From the NCBI GenBank assembly GCA_945901025.1, contig CAMDJW010000003.1:107337-171336 (forward strand): 64,000 nucleotides of DNA, written 5' to 3'. The stretch is from Spirosoma fluviale (GTDB lineage Bacteria > Bacteroidota > Bacteroidia > Cytophagales > Spirosomataceae). Below, piece by piece: positions 49,514 to 57,899 of this stretch (position 1 is its first letter; the number at the start of each line of letters is the position of its first letter). The notes below the pieces were generated by a model. It made no database searches. It was not told where the DNA came from and saw nothing but the letters and a program-made list of their open reading frames with translations. The position numbers and the translations under genes are program-made.

Positions 49514-49851
49514 GCCAATTTAACGTTAACATACAAGAAGAGAACGATTTAGTCATTTTAATCACGGAGGGCTATTTGAATAATGAAGGAGGAGAAATGA
49601 TTTCAGGCATTTGCTACGAAAACATAGCCAATGGAAAGACCCGATTTTTATTAGACATGGCCCAGACTAAAGTGGTCAACAGTATTGGAGTTTCTATCCT
49701 GATTGAAATCATTGAAAAATTGCAAGAAGTAGATGGGAAATTAGGATACTATAATCTGGCTCCTATCGTCGACAAGACTTTTAAGATTATGGGTTTGACG
49801 AAATACTCATCCGTTTACGCAACCAAAGAAGAAGCATTAGCTGACTTTTAA
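49510..49851 (+). CDS. STAS-domain RsbV/SpoIIAA-like antagonist
   Basis: 113 aa; VVNSIGVSIL with Ser58 at the phosphoacceptor position; VDKTFKIMGL; ATGA overlap with the kinase. Confidence 0.92.
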   Translation: MSQFNVNIQEENDLVILITEGYLNNEGGEMISGICYENIANGKTRFLLDMAQTKVVNSIGVSILIEIIEKLQEVDGKLGYYNLAPIVDKTFKIMGLTKYSSVYATKEEALADF

Positions 49852-50004
49852 TTTCTTTTAAAAATAATCTTCTAATAAACTTTATTGGGGTTTATATAAT
49901 GGCTGTAATGGAATTTAAATTCTTTATGTAAAAAAGAACGTATTTTTTTGCGATCATTCATTGTATTAAATTTTGATGTAATTTAATGTGGTTAAAATAA
50001 AAAC

Positions 50005-52101
50005 ATGAATAATATTGCATTCAAACAGCTCGAATTAGAGACTTTGCTTGAAATCACCAATACCCTGATTGAACATGAGGACGTGGATGATTTATTGCAA
50101 GATATTTTAATTCGAACCTGTGGGATTTTGGATGCTTCCTGTGGTTTTGTTTTAATTGAAGAAAAGAATTCTGATTTATTTGTCCCAAAGGCCGTTTTTA
50201 ATCTGAATGAAAAAGTCCTATCGAAGATAATCTTCAATAAAAAAAGAGGCTTTTTGAATACCTTAGCTACTCAGCAAGAGAAACATTCCTGTATTCCTGT
50301 TGAGACTAATCTTCTAGAAAAATTAGAGAAATCCTTTGCCCTTGCTGCACCCATTACGGGGAAAAATCAATTGCTGGGTTCGATTATTATTTTTGATAAA
50401 GAACTCAGAAATGGCAAATCAGATTTCTCCGTGGAGGATGCCGCGATGCTTTCGGCCATATCTGTTCAGGCAAGCGTAGCTTATAACAATACCTTTTTAT
50501 TGGATACACTTTTAGAATCGAAACGCTTTAATGATAACATCATGGAGTCGATTCATACAGGTGTTATTACGACAAATTTGTTTGGGGAAATTGATTACGT
50601 CAATAAAACGGCGGTCAAAATCGCACACATTTCAGCCGAGGAATGCCTCGGCAATCATTATCAAATTGTGTTTGAGAAGGATCCTGATTTATTAATTATT
50701 TTAGAAAAGGTTGAGCAGGAAATCAGGGTTTATTCGGAACAAAACTTTTTGATCAAAGTAGGCCATGAATCGGTCAATGTAAACCTGACGATCTCGCCTT
50801 TGATCGATGATTTAGGGGAGCAAATCGGCACGGTCATTGCCATGGAGGATATCTCTTACCTCGACAAAATTAAGAGCACTTTCAAGAAATATGTATCGAA
50901 ACAGATCGTTGACAAGATTTTAGAAAATGAAGATTTATTAAATCTTGGGGGCCAAGAATTAACCCTAACTACTTTATTTACAGACATCCGTGGTTTCACC
51001 AATATGAGTGAGCGCATGGATCCGATCGATGTGGTAAAAACCTTGAATGAATATTTTGACTTGATGATCGAAGTGGTTTTTAAGTACAACGGCACCTTGG
51101 ACAAGATTATTGGTGATGCCCTGATGGTTATTTATGGTGCGCCCATCTATGGCCACGATGACACCCAAAGAGCTTTATTGACCGCCATTGAAATGCAGAA
51201 ATTGCTTATCGATTTCAATGTGCTTAGAAAGGAAAAAGGAATGGATCCCATTGAAATCGGCATAGGAATCAATCGAGGAAAGGCCATTGCCGGAAATATA
51301 GGTTCTAAGGACCAAATGAATTATACGGTGATTGGAGATGCCGTTAATTTAGCATCCCGATTATGTTCAAATGCTGGACCAGGCCAAATACTGGTTTCTG
51401 AATCCGTTGTGTCTGACGTAGATGCCTCCGGACTTTTTGATTTTCAAAAGTTGGACGCCATTAAGGTAAAAGGTAAAGAAAATGAGGTTCAGATTTATGC
51501 CCTTTCTAAATGTTTTTGTACCCCAAAGGTGTTGGAAGTATATGATTTGGTGATAACAGAGATGCTTGTCAACTTATCTCCCAATTTATTTTATCATTCG
51601 ATTTATCATACGCTCGATGTATTTACAAGTGCCCGTAAAATTGCCTTGTCAGAAGGAATAGGAGAACATGATTTAGAGCTGGTCATGGTGGCTGCACTTT
51701 TTCATGATACTGGTTTTTTAGTTCAGGCCGATGGGCATGAGGAGATTTCTTGCCAATACGCAAAGGATCATTTGTTTCATATTGGCTTTACTTTGCCTGA
51801 AATTGAAACTATTTGTGGAATGATTAGGGCCACTAAAATTCCACAAAAACCACAAAATAGATTAGAAGAAATTATCGCGGATGCGGATTTAGATTATTTA
51901 GGTCGGGATGATTTTTTTACCATTGGCGGCCAATTATTCAACGAGTTAAAAGCCAGAAATGTGGTCAACGAAGAATCTGTTTGGGATCAAATACAAATTA
52001 AATTCTTAGAAAATCATCATTATTTTACAGATACGACTCGCAATTTAAGAGCAGAGCAAAAAGAAAAACATTTACAAATTATTAAATCAAAATATTCATG
52101 A
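50005..52101 (+). CDS. GAF-PAS-class III adenylate cyclase-HD domain protein
   Basis: GAF (~15-165), PAS (~175-285), cyclase FTDIRGFT / DKIIGDALM / NYTVIGDAVNLASRL, C-terminal YHSIYHTLDV..ALFHDTG..HEE..DADL. Confidence 0.9.
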   Translation: MNNIAFKQLELETLLEITNTLIEHEDVDDLLQDILIRTCGILDASCGFVLIEEKNSDLFVPKAVFNLNEKVLSKIIFNKKRGFLNTLATQQEKHSCIPVETNLLEKLEKSFALAAPITGKNQLLGSIIIFDKELRNGKSDFSVEDAAMLSAISVQASVAYNNTFLLDTLLESKRFNDNIMESIHTGVITTNLFGEIDYVNKTAVKIAHISAEECLGNHYQIVFEKDPDLLIILEKVEQEIRVYSEQNFLIKVGHESVNVNLTISPLIDDLGEQIGTVIAMEDISYLDKIKSTFKKYVSKQIVDKILENEDLLNLGGQELTLTTLFTDIRGFTNMSERMDPIDVVKTLNEYFDLMIEVVFKYNGTLDKIIGDALMVIYGAPIYGHDDTQRALLTAIEMQKLLIDFNVLRKEKGMDPIEIGIGINRGKAIAGNIGSKDQMNYTVIGDAVNLASRLCSNAGPGQILVSESVVSDVDASGLFDFQKLDAIKVKGKENEVQIYALSKCFCTPKVLEVYDLVITEMLVNLSPNLFYHSIYHTLDVFTSARKIALSEGIGEHDLELVMVAALFHDTGFLVQADGHEEISCQYAKDHLFHIGFTLPEIETICGMIRATKIPQKPQNRLEEIIADADLDYLGRDDFFTIGGQLFNELKARNVVNEESVWDQIQIKFLENHHYFTDTTRNLRAEQKEKHLQIIKSKYS

Positions 52102-52970
52102 GTGCTCAATCAACCAAAGAAAATATCCAAGACTTTTTCTATGCTGTCGTAGGCATTTTATTTGCCGGATTTGCTTTAAAGAGTTTTTTAGTTCCTAATC
52201 ATTTTTTGGATGGGGGGGTGACCGGAGTGGCACTTTTGATTCATGAAACCTACCACATTCCCATTACGATGTTGGTCGTATTTTGTAATGTGCCATTTAT
52301 TATCATGGGCGGCTATTTAATTAGTAAAAGTTTTGCCATTCGAACCTTAATAGCCGTTATAGGTTTGGCTTTAGCCCTAACTTTTATTCCATACCCAGTC
52401 ATTACCTCTGATAAATTATTGATTTCAATTTTTGGCGGAGTATTTTTAGGGGTGGGTATTGGCTTGGGAATGAGGGGTGGTTGTGCCATCGACGGGATTG
52501 AAGTATTAGCCTTATATACCTTGAGGCGCTCCGGTTTCACCATTTCTGAAATCATTTTAGGGATCAATGTCATCTTGTTTTTAATTGCCGCGATTGGCTT
52601 AGGCATGGTTACGGCACTTTATGCCATGTTGACCTATTTTATTGCTACTCGGAGCATTGATTATGTCGTCGAAGGTTTAGAGGAATACATCGGTGTGACC
52701 ATCATTTCCAAAAACCATGAAGAAATTAAAAAGGCAGTGGTTATGCAGATGGGGAAGGGTATTACCGTATATAAAGGCGAGCGTGGCTTCATGAAAGATA
52801 GTTTTGATGTGAGTCACCCAACCGATATTTTGTATACCATTATGACGCGTTTCGAGGTGAGGCATTTACGAAATTTAGTTCTGGAATATGATGCGAATGC
52901 ATTCATTTTTACGAATATCATCAAAGAAGCAGCTGGTGGCGTATTGCTCAAAAGGAAAGGGGATCATTAG
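52098..52970 (+). CDS. YitT family membrane protein (DUF161 + C-terminal DUF2179)
   Basis: FLVPNHFLDGGVTG, GG..LGVGIGL.MRGG..IDGIE, GKGITVYKGERG, DANAFI; ATGA overlap with the cyclase gene. Confidence 0.9.
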   Translation: MSAQSTKENIQDFFYAVVGILFAGFALKSFLVPNHFLDGGVTGVALLIHETYHIPITMLVVFCNVPFIIMGGYLISKSFAIRTLIAVIGLALALTFIPYPVITSDKLLISIFGGVFLGVGIGLGMRGGCAIDGIEVLALYTLRRSGFTISEIILGINVILFLIAAIGLGMVTALYAMLTYFIATRSIDYVVEGLEEYIGVTIISKNHEEIKKAVVMQMGKGITVYKGERGFMKDSFDVSHPTDILYTIMTRFEVRHLRNLVLEYDANAFIFTNIIKEAAGGVLLKRKGDH

Positions 52971-53026
52971 GTAGCACACTCCAATAAAATCTTTTTTTGC
53001 AAATCATTTTGTAAATAAAAACCTTT

Positions 53027-53044
53027 TATCGTAATATTGCAATA
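53027..53044. promoter_or_regulatory. Candidate ArsR operator
   Basis: tatcgtaatattgcaata, 14/18 self-complementary, ending 12 nt before the arsR ATG. Confidence 0.55.
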
Positions 53045-53056
53045 TAATAATATGAT

Positions 53057-53392
53057 ATGGGGATTACCAAAACCGATTTGTTTTCAAGTGAGCAAAATGC
53101 CATGGCACATATGGCTAAAGTTTTAGGACATCCGGCTCGAATAGCTATTTTACAGTATTTGGTGAAGTCAAGCTCCTGTATCAATGGGGATTTGGTTCAT
53201 GAATTGGGACTTGCCCAAGCAACTATTTCCCAACATTTACGCGAATTAAAAGAAATCGGGTTTATTCAAGGAACGATCGAAGGTGTATCTGTTTGCTATT
53301 GCATTAATCCAGAAAAATGGGCTGAATTTAGCCAACTATTTGGAGCATTCTTTGACGATTATTATACCACACAAAAATCTAACTGTTGTTAA
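53057..53392 (+). CDS. arsR: ArsR/SmtB family transcriptional regulator
   Basis: KVLGHPARIAIL, LAQATISQHLRELK, C-terminal CC; heads the arsI/arsC genes. Confidence 0.88.
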   Translation: MGITKTDLFSSEQNAMAHMAKVLGHPARIAILQYLVKSSSCINGDLVHELGLAQATISQHLRELKEIGFIQGTIEGVSVCYCINPEKWAEFSQLFGAFFDDYYTTQKSNCC

Positions 53393-53394
53393 TT

Positions 53395-53901
53395 ATGAGC
53401 TTTCCACGTATGCATGTGTCACTTTATGTCAGCAATCTTGCGGCTTCTGTGAATTTTTATTCAACTTTTTTTGGCCAGCCGGCTAACAAGGTAAAGCCAG
53501 GATACGCAAAATATATATTAGATAAGCCTTCTTTAATTATTTCATTTATCGAAAATTCAGGCCGTGTTCAATCAAATTTTGGACACCTAGGTTTTCAAGT
53601 GGAAACATTTGAGGAGATGTCTAATTTATTAGAAAAAGCACGCGCTCAAGGAATAGTATCCAAAGAGGAAATAGGTACATCATGCTGTTACGCGGTACTA
53701 GATAAATTTTGGGCTACAGATCCCGATGGTGTTCAGTGGGAAGTTTATTACTTTCATGAAGATGCCGAATTTAATGATCCACATTATGCCTTAGAAGATG
53801 CTGCCGCTTGTTGCATGCCACCAGTTTCCCAAAAAGAAAAAATAAATTTATCCGAAATAGCTACGACTAGTTCCTGTGCCCCAGGTTCAGGATGCTGTTA
53901 A
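53395..53901 (+). CDS. arsI: ArsI/CadI family VOC metalloenzyme (putative C-As lyase) with Cys-rich tail
   Basis: RMHVSL, GHLGFQV, vicinal TSCCYA, WATDPDGVQWE; tail ACC...SCAPGSGCC; start 53395. Confidence 0.8.
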   Translation: MSFPRMHVSLYVSNLAASVNFYSTFFGQPANKVKPGYAKYILDKPSLIISFIENSGRVQSNFGHLGFQVETFEEMSNLLEKARAQGIVSKEEIGTSCCYAVLDKFWATDPDGVQWEVYYFHEDAEFNDPHYALEDAAACCMPPVSQKEKINLSEIATTSSCAPGSGCC

Positions 53902-53912
53902 TTAATCATGCA

Positions 53913-54512
53913 ATGAATCATACTTTAAACGCAAATTTAGAATCAATTTTATCTCTATCTATAAGTGATGAACGTAAATCTTTGCTTCAGGAATTAATCG
54001 ATTACATCAAATCAAAGCGTGAAAAGGGCCAGCCCATCCGACTAAATTTCATTTGTACCCATAATTCTAGAAGGTCACAGTTTTCCCAAATCTGGGCGCA
54101 AACCGCTGCCGATTATTTTGAAATTCCCGCTTTTTGCTACTCGGGTGGCGTGGAAGTGACAGCATGCAATGAGCGAACGATTCATTCTTTGGAACGTTCA
54201 GGCTTTATCATTTCCAAACATGGTCACTCGAACCCAATCTATTTCATATTACATGAAAAAGACGCCAGGCCCATCATTGTCTTTTCAAAATTGTATGACG
54301 ATGTCATAAATCCCCACGGAAACTTTGCAACGATTATGACTTGTTCACATGCAGATGAAAATTGTCCTTTTATTCCTGGCGCTGAGGCAAGAATCCCCGT
54401 TCGATACGAGGATCCAAAGGAGTTTGACGATACTGATCTTGAGTCTCAAAAATATGACGAACGTTCCAAACAAATAGCCAGCGAAATGTTTTACGTTTTT
54501 TCGAGGGTTTAA
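53913..54512 (+). CDS. arsC: LMWP-fold arsenate reductase-like protein
   Basis: CTHNSRRS P-loop (CX5R), TCSHADENCP, YEDPK; start MNHTL (53913). Confidence 0.78.
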   Translation: MNHTLNANLESILSLSISDERKSLLQELIDYIKSKREKGQPIRLNFICTHNSRRSQFSQIWAQTAADYFEIPAFCYSGGVEVTACNERTIHSLERSGFIISKHGHSNPIYFILHEKDARPIIVFSKLYDDVINPHGNFATIMTCSHADENCPFIPGAEARIPVRYEDPKEFDDTDLESQKYDERSKQIASEMFYVFSRV

Positions 54513-54513
54513 G

Positions 54514-54939
54514 TTAACTAGTGTGGTCTCTGACGATGAGCCAACGGCCCTTTATTTTCTTCATTAAAATGGTGAAATATCCACCCACATCTCCTTTTTT
54601 AGGGCGGACTAATTGCCATTTACCCAATATCCAGGCTGTTTTACCAGCCGTCACATCGATTTCCTTAATGTCAAAGGTTAAATTTCCCATCGTTTCCTGA
54701 TCCGGATACGTGGTCAGGTATCTTTGTAATGTAGCTTTCCAGCCACTTGTAATGCCATTTTTGCCAATAAACTTCAGGTCTTCCGATTTTTCGTAGTACT
54801 CCATGAATCCTGGAACATCCCCCTTATTCCATAAGTTTACTTGTGTTTGTAAGACAAGTTCAATTTCTTTTTGATCTGTTTTCGCTTGCCTAAATAAGGA
54901 ATGAAATGGCAATAAAATGAGCAGAATAAACAATTTCAT
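54514..54939 (-). CDS. NTF2/SnoaL-like (DUF4440/YybH) secreted protein
   Basis: WNKGDV.GFMEYY, GW.ATLQRY...YP, GYFTIL.KKI.G.W.IVRDHTS; start MKLFIL (54939). Confidence 0.85.
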   Translation of the reverse strand: MKLFILLILLPFHSLFRQAKTDQKEIELVLQTQVNLWNKGDVPGFMEYYEKSEDLKFIGKNGITSGWKATLQRYLTTYPDQETMGNLTFDIKEIDVTAGKTAWILGKWQLVRPKKGDVGGYFTILMKKIKGRWLIVRDHTS

Positions 54940-55066
54940 AGGTTGTAAGGTTAGCTTTAAACAAATTTGTCGACAAATTTTCAAATTTGGTAGCAATATA
55001 AATGCTAAATTTTTAATTGATCGATTATTGTATCATTTTTGTTAAATAATTAAATCAACCTGTTTT

Positions 55067-57898
55067 ATGAACAAAATTTACTCTCTATTAGCTTGTTTGT
55101 GTTTTTTACATATATCAAGTTCCTTTGCTCAAGTCCCTGACGAAAACCGATTTGTCAAAACAGTATTGGCTGAGAAGTTGGACGAGCCCATGATGATGAC
55201 ATTTTTACCTGATGGCCGAATTCTATTGGCCGAACGTAAGGGTGACGTAAAGCAATTTGATCCCAAAACAAAACAAACTAAAGTGCTTGCTCATATTAAT
55301 GTAAACACTAAATACACCAACCGCATCGGAACCGTTCGCGAAGCGGAAGAAGGTTTACAGGGTATTATTTTAGATCCTAACTTTAAAGAAAATCATTGGC
55401 TTTATGTGTATTACGCGCATCCTTCAGAGAAGAAACACGTGTTGTCTCGTATCGAGTTAAAGGGGGAGGAGTTATTGGTAGACCAACAAAAAATCATCTT
55501 AGATGTTCCTGTTCAACGCGAGGAATGTTGCCATACAGGTGGTGGAATGACTTTTGATAAATCAGGAAATTTATTTTTAACCATCGGAAACAACACCAGT
55601 AATAGCAATAATGATGGATATTCACCTATAGACGAACGCCCGGGCCAAGCTTATTGGGATGATCAAAGAGGTGCTGCTTCTACCAATGACTTACGTGGAA
55701 AAATCTTACGCATTCATCCTGAAAAAGACGGTACTTACTCAATTCCGAAAGGAAATTTATTCCCTGTAGGAACACCAAAAACAAAGCCTGAAATTTATAC
55801 GATGGGTCACAGAAATCCTTGGCGTGTCAGTGTAGACTCAAAAACTGGATTTATTTATTGGGGTGAAGTGGGCCCAGATGCCTCAGTGGACGGACCTAAA
55901 GGACCTCGTGGATATGACGAATTTAATCAAGCTAAGGGTCCAGGATTTTTCGGTTGGCCTTATTTCATCGGGAATAATATTCCTTATACCGACTTTAATT
56001 TCGAGACTTTAGCGATGGGGCCCAAGTTCAATCCAGCGAATCCGATCAACGATTCACCTAATAATACAGGTTTACGCGAATTACCTCCCGCACAAAATGC
56101 TTTCTTATGGTATCCTTATGCTAATTCTGAAGAGTTTCCATTGATGGGAGCCGCTGGTAGAAGTGCAACAGGCGGACCCGTGTACCATCGTTCTGATTTC
56201 CCAACGGCAAAAAGAGCTTTCCCAGCTTATTATGAAGGGAAATGGTTGATTGTTGAATTTATGCGCGGTTGGATCATGGCCGTGACCATGGACGAAAAAG
56301 GAAATTATAAATCCATGGAGCGCTTCCTTCCAAGCCAATCTTTTGGATCTGCCATCGATATGAGCTTTAGCCCAGATGGTGATTTATATGTTTTGGAATA
56401 TGGCTCTGCCTGGTTCAAAGGGAACGACAACGCACGATTAGTTAAAGTTGAATATCAAGGAGGAAACCGTAAGCCTCAAGTAGAAATATCCGCATCTAAA
56501 TTAAAAGGTGCGGCTCCTTTTAAAACGAACTTGTCTGCGGAAGGAACGAAAGATTTTGATGGGGATGCGTTAACTTATACTTGGACCGTTAAGAAATTAG
56601 GTACTTTGGTTAAGACTTTAAAAGGAGCAAGTCCTGAATTGGTTTTGACAAATCCAGGTACTTACCAAGTTACGTTAAAAGCTACGGATGCTAAAGGTGC
56701 AAGCAACACAAACGCGCTTGAAGTTTTAGTGGGCAATGAAGCTCCTGAAGTAGATATTGTTTTAAATTCGGCCAATAAATCCTTTTATTTCCCTGGACAA
56801 AAAATTAATTATCAGGTGACTGTAAAAGATAAGGAAGACGGTGTTTTAGGAAATGGAATTAAAGAAGATGCCGTGGCTGCCACAATTGATTATATACCTT
56901 CAGGTTATGACCCGATTGAAATGGCTCAGTCTCATCGTAAGGCCGACAGTGATTTGTTTGCTTCCTCGGGTTTGCGTTTGATCAATCAAAGTGACTGCAA
57001 ATCTTGTCACATTAAAAATGTACGTTCCGTAGGACCTAGCTACCAAGAAGTGGCTGAAAAATATAAAGGACAAAATATGATTGACCAATTGTCTAACAAA
57101 GTTATTATGGGTGGAAATGGAGTTTGGGGTGACCATGCGATGGCTGCACACCCACAAATTTCAAAAGCAGATGCCAAAACCATGGTGACTTATATCATGA
57201 GTCTATCAGATCCCAAAGCGAATAATTCGATCGGATTGAAGGGTGATCTTTCGCCAACAATTCCTCAAGATCAAGCCACTACGAAAGGTGTTTTCGTTGT
57301 TCGTGCTACCTATTTAGATAAGGGAAACAAAAAGATGGCTCCTGTACAATCAGAAAAGTGGGTTTTATTACGTCACCCATTTTTAAATCCTGAAAAGGCA
57401 GATGTACAATCAGGTATTGAGCAATTGGTTACTCCTTCTAAATCGACCAATATGGTGGGTCAAAATCCATATGTTGGATTTAAGGCGATCGATTTAACGG
57501 GTATCAAATCATTGGATATCACTGCGACAGCTCCGGGAAGATCTAGCGCTTCTGGTGGAGTGATTGAAGTGCATGTGGGTTCGCCTACAGGCCCGGTGAT
57601 TGGTAAAACGAGTTTTATTGCGGTTTCTCAAGCAAGTTTTGGAGGTCCTCCAGCGGCTGCTAATCCCAATGCGGCTCAAAAAGGGGCTCCTCTAGGAACA
57701 CCAGTAGTGGCTCCTTCTACTCCCGCACAAGCTGGTGGAGGTGGTGGCGGTATGCGCCGTGGTGCTCCAATGCCAGCGATTAAAGTGGACATTCAAGCAA
57801 CTACCGGATTACAAGATTTGTATTTTGTCGCGGTTAATCCTAAAGCAGCTGTAGCTCAAACCGTAGTACAGCTTATAGGTATAGAAGCAAAATTATAA
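55067..57898 (+). CDS. GSDH (PQQ-dependent sugar dehydrogenase-like) propeller + PKD + cytochrome c + CBM-like domain protein
   Basis: CCHTGG, NDLRGKILRIHP, GHRNPWR, WGEVGPD; PKD (LTYTW..; PGTYQVTLKATD); CKSCH haem motif with VGPSY and M ligand (HAMAAH). Confidence 0.88.
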   Translation: MNKIYSLLACLCFLHISSSFAQVPDENRFVKTVLAEKLDEPMMMTFLPDGRILLAERKGDVKQFDPKTKQTKVLAHINVNTKYTNRIGTVREAEEGLQGIILDPNFKENHWLYVYYAHPSEKKHVLSRIELKGEELLVDQQKIILDVPVQREECCHTGGGMTFDKSGNLFLTIGNNTSNSNNDGYSPIDERPGQAYWDDQRGAASTNDLRGKILRIHPEKDGTYSIPKGNLFPVGTPKTKPEIYTMGHRNPWRVSVDSKTGFIYWGEVGPDASVDGPKGPRGYDEFNQAKGPGFFGWPYFIGNNIPYTDFNFETLAMGPKFNPANPINDSPNNTGLRELPPAQNAFLWYPYANSEEFPLMGAAGRSATGGPVYHRSDFPTAKRAFPAYYEGKWLIVEFMRGWIMAVTMDEKGNYKSMERFLPSQSFGSAIDMSFSPDGDLYVLEYGSAWFKGNDNARLVKVEYQGGNRKPQVEISASKLKGAAPFKTNLSAEGTKDFDGDALTYTWTVKKLGTLVKTLKGASPELVLTNPGTYQVTLKATDAKGASNTNALEVLVGNEAPEVDIVLNSANKSFYFPGQKINYQVTVKDKEDGVLGNGIKEDAVAATIDYIPSGYDPIEMAQSHRKADSDLFASSGLRLINQSDCKSCHIKNVRSVGPSYQEVAEKYKGQNMIDQLSNKVIMGGNGVWGDHAMAAHPQISKADAKTMVTYIMSLSDPKANNSIGLKGDLSPTIPQDQATTKGVFVVRATYLDKGNKKMAPVQSEKWVLLRHPFLNPEKADVQSGIEQLVTPSKSTNMVGQNPYVGFKAIDLTGIKSLDITATAPGRSSASGGVIEVHVGSPTGPVIGKTSFIAVSQASFGGPPAAANPNAAQKGAPLGTPVVAPSTPAQAGGGGGGMRRGAPMPAIKVDIQATTGLQDLYFVAVNPKAAVAQTVVQLIGIEAKL

Positions 57899-57899
57899 T

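Noticed and set aside
50005-52101. Cyclase as a Pycsar/CBASS anti-phage system
   Set aside because: Purine-type K/T specificity residues, GAF/PAS inputs and a partner-switch context; no recognisable PycTM/TIR effector
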